Shown piece by piece: positions 1-12,930 of a stretch of 64,000 nucleotides of DNA (its first letter is position 1; every line of letters begins with the position of its first letter). Under the pieces are notes generated by a model. It worked only from the letters and a program-made list of their open reading frames with translations. It had not been told where the DNA came from and ran no database searches. The stretch spans positions 207,429,971-207,493,970 of the forward strand of contig NC_085843.1 of NCBI RefSeq assembly GCF_035594765.1. Direction: 5' to 3'. Origin of the DNA: Anolis carolinensis (lineage: Eukaryota). A program made the position numbers and the translations under genes.

Positions 1-232
1 AATGGTTTCCAGCCTTTGTTACTGAGTGTGTGGCAAAGTAAGAATAAATTGTTTTGGAGAGCAACATGATTTGGCAACTTGCAGCCGACTTCACCAGTGT
101 GTTTAATGGAAAAGAGTGCTGGGAGTTGCAGTTCATCAACACTCATGTTTTAAAGCAGTGTTTGGTCTTTTGTCAAGAAGGAAGAACTTGGATGTTTAAT
201 TTATTGAGCAATCTGGGCTACTCTGAGACATA

Positions 233-750
233 CAGTGGGCCTTTGGTATCCACTGAGACGTTGCTCCAGAACTCACATGGATACCAAAATTACTGGATGC
301 TCAAGTGCCATGATATAAATGACCTTGTAAAATTATCCTTTTTAATACAAAATGGCAAAATCAGGGTTTGCATTTTGGATTTTGAGATATTTTAAAGCAG
401 AGCTTTCCATATATTTCATGTTGGTGACACAATGGATCATTATGCGACACAGTAATTCAGTTACTAGCAAACTGCAAGTTAAGCCACCCCCTTATAAGAG
501 ATATGGACACCCACATAAATTGTGATAACAAAATATATGGGCACACAGCATATATCATGAAAACCTTTCATTTATATATTTTAAAATATATGATGTATTG
601 CTTATTTCACATGGAATCAGAGGTTTCTCACTATATGCATGCGACACTCCTGCACACTGCAGTTGACACACTAATGTGTCACGATACACAGTTTGGAAAG
701 CTCTGTTCTAAAGCATTGATACAAAATCCATGGATACAGAGGGCTAGCTG
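233..750. mobile_element. Tigger/pogo-type MITE (Tc1-mariner), interrupted by a hAT MITE
   Basis: TA|CAGTGGGCCTTTGGTATCCA ... TGGATACAGAGGGCTAGCTG|TA; imperfect TIRs and a TA TSD. Confidence 0.7.
398..705. mobile_element. hAT non-autonomous element nested in the Tigger-type MITE
   Basis: TIRs CAGAGCTTTCCA/TGGAAAGCTCTG; 8-bp TSD ttttaaag/ttctaaag. Confidence 0.8.
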
Positions 751-1523
751 TATATTCGTTGAGCAAGGGAATAAACATTACCACGTATATATATTGTTTT
801 GATGCAGTTGTTTTATGGACTGTAACTTTGTGGTCTTCTTGTTTATTTTTTCTTAGTCCAGGAGTCAAGAGTTTATAAAATTTCAAACAGATGCAGCTAA
901 AATTTGTGCTAAATTTAAGAAAGGAATGCTAGCTCTTCCGTGGGTTTGGATTTTAATGTAGTGTTTGTGTCTATGCTAAGACTGGTACTGATGGTTTCCC
1001 TTACTACATTTCCCTTGGAAGATATTAGTTTATGAAGTGGAGCTGAAATATTACATTGCTTTGAAAATGAAAACATTTGAACACTGGGCAGTCATTTGCC
1101 ACTAGGGGGGTTTTGGGGCTATCTATCAGCTGTATTTATTTGCCTAGTTCCTAGAAGGATTTAAAATGCAATGTTATGGTGCTCTATATATGCATTCATC
1201 ATAGTATTTTGGTATTTATAAATGATTATTTAGGGAATCTGACATGGTAAGAGAAGTGGACTCAAATGTTATACTAATATTTGAGTATTATGGTTCAGAT
1301 GAAGCATAGAATTGAAATATCTCTGGTTCAATATATAGATCAAGAAAATAGCCAACTCAATTCCTATATAATATTTTTCTTGTCCAAAGGTAGTTTTTCA
1401 TATGAGTAACTATAGTTAAAATTATTTTCTTCAAATGTAATTTGAGATTTTAAGATCTGTTTACCTTTTGTTTACTTAAGATTCTGAATATTAATTGCTG
1501 TTCAAATTTTATATACTTGGCAG

Positions 1524-1695
1524 GTCTGTCTATGACGATCAACCAAATGCACACCAGAAGTTTATTGAAAAACTAGATGCGTGCATACGCAATCATGACA
1601 GGGAGATTGAAAAGATGTGCAATTTTCACCATCAAGGTTTTGTGGATGCTATTACAGAACTGCTTAAAGTGAGGGCTGATGCCGAAAAATTAAAG
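1524..1695 (+). CDS. EXOC6: EXOC6 exon 2 (172 nt)
   Basis: ggcag|G TCT GTC ... TTA AAG|gtaatt; encodes SVYDDQPNAHQKFIEKLDACIRNHDREIEKMCNFHHQGFVDAITELLKVRADAEKLK. Confidence 0.97.
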
Positions 1696-2962
1696 GTAAT
1701 TCACTTGTTTTGTTTTTAATGTCAGTTTAAAAACAATGAATGGTTTTGTTTGTGCTGTACAGGACAGGTTCATAATTGTGCATGCCCCTTTAAAGTATTG
1801 GCATGTATTTCCTTGTTTATAAGATACACTTTTCCCCCATATAAATGTATCTCAAAATGGGGTGTATATATATATTTTCTATTGGTGATATTGAAATCAG
1901 TTGTATGTTTTAGAATTGATGAAATACAGCATTTGAGTGTTTTCCGACTGATACAAAAAATTATTGCAGTGATGCTGACAGGACTATTATTAAATTGTAA
2001 TTAATTGTAGTTAATAGTGCAGTCATTATATGACAGACTACATAACCCTTTTTTATCAAGTTTGTATTCACCTCCCCCCCCCCAAAGAACTCAAATCTTG
2101 ATATGACATTTTCCTCTTCAAGCAGACATTTCCCCTGTTTCCTCAAAAACATGGTGGAATTGTTGGGATTCTTTAGAAACTTATTGTGAGAGTTCCTCAG
2201 AAGTAAAATATGGAACTAGTCTCCTTAGCTCTCTTTACACATTTGCAAGAAAAAATATGCACACCAGACAGAATGAGCATAGTTCACCAGAGGTTATGAT
2301 TAGAACAGCATTATATAAAGGATATTCAGATAACAAGAGACCAAATACAGCATCAATGAGGTCATTGAGCATCTTTGTTCAGAAATTAATGAGTTTTTTA
2401 ATAAACTAGAATGTGCTCCCTTATTATGATGACCTAATGAGTCACTTAATATGTGGGAAAGTCTGAGGTCGAGCTTTGCCTGCACCTGCGGCATTAAAAT
2501 GTTGCTGTGGCTTGGAGATTTCCACGTTTGATGTTAATCAACCACCCAGTGTTTGCATTCAGCAAAGTATGAATGTTTAATTACCATAAAATGCAATCAC
2601 CATTTCTTGCAGACAATGAATGGCACATAGAGCTCATTGAGGTTATCAAAAAGGGACCAGTGGTCAATTGGGTCAATGATTTGAATTGTTTGACAGACCT
2701 ACAGAAACAAATAAAGTTCAAAAATCCCAAGTAAATTTGAGAAGTTTGCCACAGAATCTGTTAGAAAGAACTGTCATAACTAATTGAAGTTAACAAAAAA
2801 ACCCTTGGTGATCAAAAGTTCAAGTTCAAGCTGTAGAGTTAATTTGGATTTGCATTTCTTTGTTCTGAGTTTCTCACGAAGCATGATCTGATTACAAGGG
2901 TGAACAGTTGCATCAGGGCAATATATGCATATTTGTCTAACAAAGGTGAAATTATTTTTAAG

Positions 2963-3010
2963 GTCCAAGTTACTGATACCAACCGAAGGCTTCAGGATGC
3001 TGGGAAAGAG
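2963..3010 (+). CDS. EXOC6: EXOC6 exon 3 (48 nt)
   Basis: tttttaag|GTC CAA ... AAA GAG|gtgaga; VQVTDTNRRLQDAGKE. Confidence 0.96.
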
Positions 3011-3123
3011 GTGAGAAAAATGGTGCTTCCTCTTTGTTGAATGAGATTTTTTTTTTGAAATAGCTGGCTTCCATAATTTAATTGCAACTTGATTTATTTT
3101 TTATTTCTTTAAAAATATTCAAG

Positions 3124-3214
3124 GTGATAGCTCAAACGGAAGATATCATCCAGTCTAGAATTCAGCAACGAAATATTACAACTGTGGTTGAGAAGCTTCA
3201 GTTGTGTCTCCCAG
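3124..3214 (+). CDS. EXOC6: EXOC6 exon 4 (91 nt)
   Basis: ttcaag|GTG ATA ... CCA G|gtgagt; VIAQTEDIIQSRIQQRNITTVVEKLQLCLP. Confidence 0.96.
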
Positions 3215-4463
3215 GTGAGTTAGTAGTACCTAAAAAGCATCATTGACATATGAAGGCTGTAAATTTCAGCTAGGTGATGTCAAGATGGTCTGTGGTGTAT
3301 TTTAAAAAACAATCACCATTGTAGGCCTAATTGGTATTTTTTAGCTGAGAGTCACGGTGGCTAATTCTGACGATGACTGATTTAATGCACGGGGAGATAA
3401 ATGTCATTACGTGTTTACTACATACTCAAGATTCTTTAGAATTACATTTAGAATTAAAGAATTCTGAACCTAGGAATACAAGACGGCACTCATTCCTTCC
3501 ATTAAAAAAATATCAATTTTATTGTTAATATCGTTGGAACAGTTGTCATCCAGAAATACAAGCCAATTTACCATGAATCATCCAAAGCTCTACCATTGGA
3601 TTCCTAGCTAACATGCTCACCCTTTGCCTAAATGATACATAATGTTTTCATGCTGTTAAATGTCAGACTTCATTTGCTTATTGTTGAAACTGACAGTTTC
3701 ACGGGGAAATTGAATGTTCTCCACTTTACCTTTTCCCCTTCCCAGTATCACAATTTCCACACATTTATTTTGAGTAGCTATTGAGTACCTCTTCCAAAAT
3801 GTATTTTAATTATTGTTAACTTGCATTGTTTTGCTCTTTGTGGGAGCATGATTATGGTTTCTGTTTGGTATCTTTGGTGCCTGTTGCTCCGTGGGTACTA
3901 TTTTACGCATGTGGTGCTTTTTTGTCATGGTCTTGGGCTCGTACAATAAACTATTTTGATGATGAAAGCTATTGAAATATCATGCATAGCTCTTTTGAAT
4001 ATGCCAGTGGTTTTCCCACATAGTGTACATTTTATAAGAATTGACCCTGCGTGAACACCGGCAACCACCCTTTGTTGTTGTTTGTTGTAAGTTGCAGGCA
4101 TTACAGTAGGTGGTACTGTTGGTATATGATGCACCATCCCTAGGAATTAATTATATACAGGAAGCCCTGGAATTTTTAGGGCTGCTCTCAGTAAGGAAAT
4201 GTTGGCAGGTTTGCATTGAGGTAGGCTTCAACTTGCTGTTTTGATCTCAGCGTTTTTCTTAATGGACCATTGCCCCTTGCTGCCCTCTGCACACATTACA
4301 TTGCCTTGAAATGACACCACGTGCTTTTATCCTTGTATTGTAAAATCTTTCTCAAAGGGCATATAAGTATGTAAAACTGTACATAAAGGCAAAAGTATAT
4401 ATTTTGTAATCTTTACACAATTTGTGTTAGGATTTATAATTTTTAATATCTTCATTTATGCAG

Positions 4464-4509
4464 TACTGGAGATGTACAGCAAATTAAAAGAGCAGATGAA
4501 TGTAAAAAG
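4464..4509 (+). CDS. EXOC6: EXOC6 exon 5 (46 nt)
   Basis: tatgcag|TA CTG ... AAA AG|gtgagt; (V)LEMYSKLKEQMNVK(R). Confidence 0.96.
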
Positions 4510-7190
4510 GTGAGTAGAATTCTTTTCAACCAGACTATAACTTTTTTTTAATGAATGGGTTCATCCACTTGTCTTCTACAATTACTGATGGAATGGTAAA
4601 GACTACTCTGGTCAAGACATATAATGAATCTTGGTCCGGTCATTGTAGTCTTTTCATGTCTTTGTTTCATGTCTGTCATTACAAGTGAACAGATGTTATG
4701 AGAAAAATGAAGCATTTTCAAGGGCTTAATGATCGTCTTGAGAAAATAAGCTCAATTTTAAGTAGCATGCAATGCAGTGAAATCTTTGAGCTAAATTCAT
4801 AATGGTATTTATAACCTGGTTTTAGACATTTTAAAACAGGCTGTGTACAAGTGGCAAATCATAACAACGGCAAAACAGACTCTTTGCGTTGTTATTGTTT
4901 GCCTTCAGCTGCAATTCAGCATATCTATGTAGTTTTAAATCCTACAAATCGCAGAGGAACTAGTTTTTGGAAAAGCTTGCATGATTGCTCTGTTAAGCTT
5001 TCAGAAAAGCCAGTTTTAAACAAATCTATATTCCTTTGGGGAAAAAGTGATTTCTTGCTTGTTATATATATATATTTACTGTCGGTTGTTATATACTGTA
5101 GTTTAGTATTTAATGTTGATATTGTAATTGTAAACCTTGTGCAAATAACTTGCAATAAAACCCATTTTACATCTTTATCTCTATAGTTAAATTATTGCCT
5201 TTTAAATCTACTCCCAAGAAATTTTAGTAGGTGTTTCAATTCCAAGGGAACTTACCTAATTATGAAGCCTCTTTTGCTTTTTAAAGATGTTCATTTTCTT
5301 TGTTTTCATATTTTTTTATAAATATGGCTAACCTAGTGCTGTTCATATTTTTTCCCTTCTGTATTATTCGATTAAAATCTGGAGAACTAATAGAAGCTTC
5401 ACTAATTCTTAATCTGCAATGCTTTATTGCATTGCTGTAATTCCAATAAACTACACTTAGCTTGAACATCGACCTCATCAACTCCAACATTTCTTGGATT
5501 AAAAGGGACACTCTTATGCTTGTGTGGATGGTGTTAGGAGATAGCTTGCCAGACAGTAATGAAATCAATGCTGTCCAAACTCTGATGTTGCAAAAGCATG
5601 AAGTAAAAATGCCTTCAAATAAATAATAGCTCTAAATATTGAGAGTAGGTGAGGCAAGTTGTGCATGCCACAAAACAGATATACAGAAGGTAGTGTACAC
5701 ATAGTTATGACCTTGTCCTAGCTTAATTTCCTTCTCTGATTGCGTCCCAAGTTTACTTTGGGAAGATTGTGACCCTAGTCTGGATATATTGTTGGACGTC
5801 TCCATTCACCCCGCACTATCTACATACACAACAAAGATTATCAAAATTGAAAAGCATCACCAGCAAATAAAGAATACAATGTTATAGGGAAAGTGACAAA
5901 TATATCCCCATGTTCACAGAGAAAGTCACAGAAATATTTCCAAGTTGAAAACTTCCCTTTTCCTCTATAAGGTTTTCAGGTCTGTCAGAGTGGGTTTATC
6001 GAAGGTCTCATTTGTTGTGTTAATATGCAAAGAAAATAGAAAATAAGTTACTTTTTTAAAAATCTTGATTTTTGCCAATATACTGACCTAACAGACTTCC
6101 AAAAGCAATTCCTTATACAAGTGGGAATGTTATGATACATGACCCAGCTAATAGGAAAGGCGGAACATGAACTCAGCTTATAGGGCAGCACAGATAGATC
6201 ATTGTTTTAGTAAATCAGCAGACACATCAAATACAAACAAACAAATACAATCAGATTGCCAACTACATAAAAAACCTGATTCAATTTCAAAGAAAATGTT
6301 TGCATTTTTCATCAGATGTTTTCCCTTTTCTCTAAACTGGCTGCTTTAACTTCAAAAAGGGCAACAATGTATTTCTCTAGTTGATTATAGTCTTGCAGAA
6401 GAAAGTTCAGTTTGCCCTCAATCACTCTCACCCCATAGGAATTCTCCCTGATAACATTTTTTATCATCAGTTTTCTAATTTCTAGTATTGTTGTGACTTA
6501 AAACCATCCATAAGTGGTCAGAAATGCAGTTTAGGCATCCAGAGAAAAACAGGTAGGTAAAGTTACCAAGGGAATGTGAACACAGCAAATATAAGAGCAT
6601 TAATTGAATGTTTTTCACTATCTCATTATCCTATTTGGTAGAAATTTGGAGACCGAAGGAAAATTTCAAGGGGGAGGGCAAAGTCTTATGTGAGGGCCTC
6701 TCATTGCCCTCATTTTGCAGCTCCTCCCCAGCACATTCCTGCCCATATACCTAAGAAAAAGATATAAATAATGTTCTCTAGACTTTCGATACAACCAGTG
6801 TTCTAGTAAATAGGGAAGGCAGATCTTCCACTTCAGCACAGATTATAACATCCCTTCCTGCTTGTGCAGGGTTACTATTTTCAGAGCATATGGTTCCCAA
6901 AGAAGAGCCAGCACTGTGACTGTATACTGCATATTTATGGGAATTCAAGATCCGTGGATTCTGTCTTCCTTTCTAAAATTAAGAGCCTCTTAATTTCATA
7001 AACTGCAATTATAGCACTATGATTAGACTTTAATATTCATGATTGCATTCAGTGGAATCCTGGGGCTGCTAGTTTCAAAGGGATATTAGACCTCTCTGGC
7101 TGAAAATGCTAAATATCCTGTCTTAGCTCCAAATCACAAGTTTCCTTAGGATGGAGATGTTGCCCTTATAGTGGAGTCATAGTGCTATAA

Positions 7191-7767
7191 CACTATATAA
7201 CACGACTTTTGTTCCTGGATTATAAGTGTCATTTCCTAATTGGTTCTATTATAAAACATGGACAAATTTTATTAAACTGCAAAAACTTTGTTTTTGCGGT
7301 CTGCATTTAAAGTTAAAAATGGCACATTGAAAGGTTTCTAGACTATAACAACTACTTTCGATGTAAGTACAGTAGAGTTTCACTTATCCAAGCCTCACTT
7401 ATCCAAAACTCTGGATAATCCAAGCCATTTTTGTAGTCAATGTTTTCAATAAATCGTGATATTTTGGTGCTAAATTCATAAATACAGTAATTACAACATA
7501 ACATTACTGTGTATTGAAATACCTTTTCTGTCAAATTTGTTGTATTACATGAAGTTTTGGTGCTTAATTTGTAAAATCATAACCTAATTTGATGTTTAAT
7601 AGGCTTTTCCTTAATCCCTCCTTATTATCCAAGATATTCGCTTATCCAAGCTTCTTCCGGCCAGTTTAGCTTGGATAAGTGAGTCTCTACTGTACCATGC
7701 AATTAAACAGGAAATAACACTTTCAGACCAGGAACAGATTTTTTTTTTCAAATTTTGTTACATAGTG
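7191..7767 (+). mobile_element. Chapaev3/CMC-type MITE (CACTAT..ATAGTG termini)
   Basis: taa|CACTATATAACA ... TGTTACATAGTG|taa; 3-bp TAA TSD; homologous to 15791-16102 and 39300-39702. Confidence 0.75.
7370..7692. mobile_element. Tigger-type MITE, CAGTAGAGTCTCACTTATCCAA family
   Basis: TA TSD, ~22-bp TIRs; related copies at 33151, 43144 and 57146. Confidence 0.88.
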
Positions 7768-8948
7768 TAACTGTACAGTATGAAGAGGGCCCCAGTATAG
7801 TTGATCTAATAATGAAATATATACAGAAGGGTATTAAACTGGACAAAGGGAGATAAATGGAAGGGTATAGATATGCAGCAGAACTCTAGATGGAGCTGTT
7901 GATCTACATCAGAATAGCTTTCGACACATCAGAATAAAGTTCTACAAGTTATGTGCAATACCGGACCCATAGCTGAGAAGCAAAGTGACTAACCCAACAT
8001 TAGCTAATATAATTGTAAGCAGAACAATTAAGCAGAGATCATAGTTAACTCATAATAAAAATACATTTCAGCATCACGTGGTGCTTCTGCTTCACTACAT
8101 CAGTTCGTTACTTATCATTTTTCAATCCAGCAGGTCTGTGCAAAAGCATTATTTTACCTCCAACTTTCTAGTTTCTAGATTGTCAACTCTGCACTTCTCA
8201 ATGTATTTTATGCAAAGGCCTATCAGAACAGCTTAGGAGTCTATTTTGGTATTGGGTAATGGCCTGGTATACAAGAAGAGAAGTATCACCAAGAATGTGC
8301 AAAAAGTATTGATCTTACTACTGAACAACTTTAGTCTTCTACTTTTTTGGCCATGCTTCACAGCAACTGTGGAGAGGCCAGGAATATAGCTCTGAGATGG
8401 GGCAAAATGAGAGTATTGTTATTCCTATTCTATTCCTCCTAATAAAACTTTCATTCTGTCCCCAAATCTGCAGCATGTCAGTAATTTAAAACTTCATTTA
8501 TGTATTTAGAAATGCACTTCAGGCACCCAAAGAAAAGGAGCAGGCAATGTTCCCAAGGGAATGCAAATACAGCAAATGTAGAAGTTCCAGATATGAACTA
8601 TTTTCTGCAATGCTAAAAATTTAGAGTCTGAAAGGAATTTAAATTGAAGGGGAAGAATACTTATTCAGTAGATCAAAGCTTCATTTCTCTACTCTGACGT
8701 TGAAGGCTCTGATGTTGAGAGAAACAGCTATCATGCATGTGTGTGTTTGTATCAAGATGTCAGTGTTTCTAGTTGGATTCTTGGCTGCCTTTCTAAACAT
8801 TTTGAGTTTAGGACTGGACTGGTACTGGTGTGTGTATATTATATATATGTAATCATTTGAAGCACAATTAGATAACAAAAAATGTTGTTCTGTTCACTTT
8901 TAAAAATTTTAAAAAATCATCATTCTTTCCCCCCCTTTTTTGTCCTAG

Positions 8949-9153
8949 ATATTATTCCGCTTTAAAAACTATGGAACAGCTAGAAAATATATACTTCCCT
9001 AGGGTTAGTCAGTACCGGTTTTGTCAGTTAATGATTGAAAACCTTCCAAAACTTCGTGAGGAAATTAAAGAAATTTCCATGTCGGATCTTAAGGACTTTT
9101 TGGAAAGTATTCGGAAGCATTCAGATAAAATTGGTGAAACAGCAATGAAACAG
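8949..9153 (+). CDS. EXOC6: EXOC6 exon 6 (205 nt)
   Basis: tcctag|A TAT TAT ... AAA CAG|gtaaat; YYSALKTMEQLENIYFPRVSQYRFCQLMIENLPKLREEIKEISMSDLKDFLESIRKHSDKIGETAMKQ. Confidence 0.97.
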
Positions 9154-9951
9154 GTAAATTTACTGACATCTTAAAAATAACTTAATGTATTATTTCTGAA
9201 TTGTGTTTTTGGTGATACCAGTCATAACTAAGCCTCAGGCCTTGAATGATGGAGGCATAGCACAGATCCTTTCTCCCCTCATGTGTGTGCATTGTGCAAC
9301 ATTCCAAATTATATAAACTCCCATGTGGATGTGATTGTAATCCCATTCACTTTGTTCTGATCATAGGAATCAAATAGATCACACCTTTGCAGTGTCTTTG
9401 TGTTATACTTGTTTTTAGATTTAAAGAGAACCTCTCAACCAATCAAAAACCTGTTGAATGGATGAAATAATTCTGGAAAGCTATAGTGTGTGATTTAGGT
9501 ATATTTGAAAATAATAACATGATAAACAGAATAAAGAATTGATTTCCCTTTCTCTTTCCTTCCTTCCTTAAGATGAAATTAGGCCTGACTTGAGCAAATC
9601 CTAATTTCAAAAAGGTTGTTTGTGCTGAGTGGCTTGAAGAGTGGTTTGTGTGTGTGGGTGTGCATCACATTTACTTGGACAAGAAGTGGGTAGGAGGGCT
9701 GCTGACCTTTTCACTTGCCCACTAGTTTTTTGTCCTCCGTTACTTTTCTCTCTGTTGGATTCCAAGATGATAAAGATGCTGACTGGGATGTAGAGGCTCA
9801 AGAAGAGCAAAGTAGTGGATGAAAGAAGAGTTCAGCTGCCATCTCTGCAAGTCCTGAAATTGTCCAGCTCACAAATATATATATAGATCTACTTTTGTTT
9901 GACGAGTTTGAAGAGAGAAGTCTACCAACATTATACCTAGCTCTTATCTAA

Positions 9952-10098
9952 GTCTCCTTCTACTCTGCCATATAAGATCCAGATTACCTGCTTTGAACTG
10001 GATTATATGGCAGTGTAGATTCATATAATCCAATTCAAATCAGATAATCTGGATTATCTACTTAGATCATCTCAATTATATGCAGTGTAGAAGGGGCC
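9952..10098. mobile_element. PIF/Harbinger-type palindromic MITE
   Basis: taa|GTCTCCTTCTACTCTGCCATATAA ... TTATATGCAGTGTAGAAGGGGCC|taa; 3-bp TSD; related copies at 14125, 35692, 41687 and 42588. Confidence 0.75.
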
Positions 10099-10194
10099 TA
10101 AGATACCTCCTTAGTCATTGTTTGGTTCTTAGCACCTTGTGTGGTATTGCTACATCCAGTGTGGTTTTGTTTTTTTGTTTTTTTTGTCATTCAG

Positions 10195-10362
10195 GCACAG
10201 CAGCAAAAAGCTTTTAATACTGTTCTCCAGAAGCAAAACAATGTCCGTTATGGGAAGAATAAGTATATAAATGATGGAATTCCAGAACCAAGGAATGAAA
10301 TTGTTTCAAAGCAAAACCTTGCTGTGGAGGATGAGGAAGAGGAGGAAGGACATGAAGATGAG
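10195..10362 (+). CDS. EXOC6: EXOC6 exon 7 (168 nt; variable acidic linker)
   Basis: cattcag|GCA CAG ... GAT GAG|gtgttt; AQQQKAFNTVLQKQNNVRYGKNKYINDGIPEPRNEIVSKQNLAVEDEEEEEGHEDE. The donor is weak but keeps phase 0 into exon 8. Confidence 0.9.
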
Positions 10363-12264
10363 GTGTTTTGGTCTCAAATTACTATGCATTTTAATTATTT
10401 ATTCACTTCCTCCAAATAATTTCAGGACGCAGAAGGTAAAATGCTGGGACTGTAATTGTTGGAAAGCAGATCCCAGATATTACTGGACTGCAACTCTTAG
10501 AAATTATTTCACAGGTCCCATTATTCCTTACCACTGACGATGCTACCTTGAGTAACTGAGAATTATACTCTGGTTATATCTGCAATGTCATATGTTAACC
10601 CTCAGTGTTTTGGGATAGAATCTGGAATTAGAAATTGCCCAGTAGCTTTTGGAAATAAGCTGGGACTTTAAACAGGTTCATACAGTTTTCTTAGAACCTC
10701 TTTCTCCTCACAGAAACTGGTTTTGGAAATCCAGAACCAGATTCAGGAAGCTGCCAAATCATTGAGTGGCCACTGCTGGTAGCACAGAGCTGCCGTTGCT
10801 TGTGTCTCCTATTCCTTTGTATGGGCTGGTTGTGGCAGAAACTACCTTCTGGTCAAAGGAAATCTAGTATAATGCCAAGTTTTTAACTTTGTGTTTTTAA
10901 ATACATTATAACCATATCCTCAATTCGCTTCTGACACGATAAATACATACTCCAAAAAATGTCAATAAGGCAGGTATATGCCCTTCACTCTCATGTCCCT
11001 TATAAATAATTACATCCTCATTTATTCCAAATAGCACCAGGTCCTGGAAGAGAGGAACACAATACCCTTACAGACATTTTTTTTAAAATCACCCTTTTAG
11101 GTACCTCATTAAAGATTGACCTTGCTTCTTTCCCTGACATATGTATAAGAACCACAACCACCAAATTGCTACTCAGCAATTCACCAGTAGCTGCTGCAAT
11201 GGTAACCATTTCAAGCTGGTTGGAATGTGCTTTGAGGTTGTATTTGCAGCCCCACAGGGTTAGCTTTGTGTCTAATCCGCAGTACAAATAAATAAAGCAA
11301 ATATTTTGATCTGATACTAATGCTGCAAATGCTGCCCTGTGGGTGATTGTTACCCCTGAAAAGAGGTCAGAAATATTTTCCTCCTCACAATGGAATTTTA
11401 AAAACCTTTCATTCTTTTGAACCCAAATATGACATGTTGTTATAAGTATTCAAAAACAGAATGAAACAAAAATGCCCCCATGTGCATAACCCAGAATCAA
11501 TAGGAATAGATATAACTGTTCCTAGCATAGAGGTAAACATCTTGCTTTTGCATGTCATGTAAGATTTAAAGATTTTAGAGCCCCTCAAAGAAAGACTGGG
11601 GAAAAAAAGATGACATGTCTAAGTCAGCATCTACACCGTTGAATGCATAGGAACTGAAAATCACTTTTTAAAGCCCCAAATGGAGTAATCTCACAGTTCT
11701 TCCCACACACTTGTTTTAATCTGAAGTTCTTTCTATCTTAAATATGGTGATATTTCTTAGTTTGTAAGCTTTTACAAATGAACTGAACTGAAATTCTCAC
11801 TCATTTCTGCTATGAAACTAGTTTATGATTTTGTAGTTCAGTTTACCTTTCTCTGGATTCACAAAGACTTGGAAGTAAATATGAGGAAATATTCAGTTTC
11901 CATAACTTTCAAATTCATGATTTCAGATAACGGTGGCCTTATTTTGTTCTTTCAAATGTTTACATGTGCATTTGGACCTTTCTATTGTGTACATTTACCA
12001 GTGCTAAATGTGATAGATCCTGTTTAAATCAGTTCATGACATTTCCATGTTTTTCTGATCTTCTGCATAGTCAAAAGGCTTTTATCTGGTATAAGGGCAC
12101 AGAGAAAATTGTTGCATCAGTTAGCTCATTGATCCTTGCCTTAGACTGAGAATATCTCCCTTCTATCTATTTTGATGAACTAAGTTCATTACACTTGGTT
12201 TACTTTGTAATATTATGTCATTGCTTACCAGATTTTGTGTGTCCTGTTTTTTCCCTTCCTACAG

Positions 12265-12333
12265 GTTTTGACAGCTCATGACCTCGTAGATTTCTCTCCT
12301 GTTTATAGGTGCTTGCACATTTATTCAGTACTG
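12265..12333 (+). CDS. EXOC6: EXOC6 exon 8 (69 nt)
   Basis: cctacag|GTT TTG ... GTA CTG|gtatgt; VLTAHDLVDFSPVYRCLHIYSVL (23 aa). Confidence 0.96.
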
Positions 12334-12930
12334 GTATGTATATAATTCTCTTTTTCTTTTTGTGCTTCCATCAAACTTGTCTAATCGTGTTTGTGGAGCA
12401 ACTTGCTGTGAGTTATCTAAAGCTCACCTGTGTATCTACATTTTTAAAATAAATATAAGTGTGCTGTTTTTTTTAAAAGATAAAAATTCTGTAGTTCGCA
12501 TTATCAATATCTGTCCAACCCCACTAGCCTCATAAGACTGAATCCAAAGATGCTTTCTCTTCCATTTAAGAGATTCTTTCATTGGCACAAGGGCATTGAT
12601 ATGTTGGTAGCTCCCTCAAGGTGGAAGACCATTTTCATTAAACCATACTCTCTAACAAAGTTTAAAAGGGATGCTCCCAGTACTCCACATCAAATCAATT
12701 TTTAGTGAAACTCTGGACATGGCTGGTCCAACCATGTTGGCTAGGAAAGATTTACGTCTACATCCGAAGGACACAAAATTGGTGAAGGATGCTAATGGTA
12801 TTTTACAAATTAAGATTGGTATAATCATATACCAAATGCAGAATTTGTTCTTGCACTGCTGAAAATCAGTGGCGTGGAGTGAGAAACCAAAGAACTACAT
12901 TTTTTAGTTTGAAACAAGATGTCTAGGGAG

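Larger units (their letters stand above)
6982..7792. mobile_element. Old palindromic MITE (PIF/Harbinger-like) hosting two nested insertions
   Basis: The left end GAGCCTCT...CAATTATAGCACTATGATT is the inverted counterpart of AGTCATAGTGCTATAA[insert]CTGTACAGTATGAAGAGGGCCC. Confidence 0.55.
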
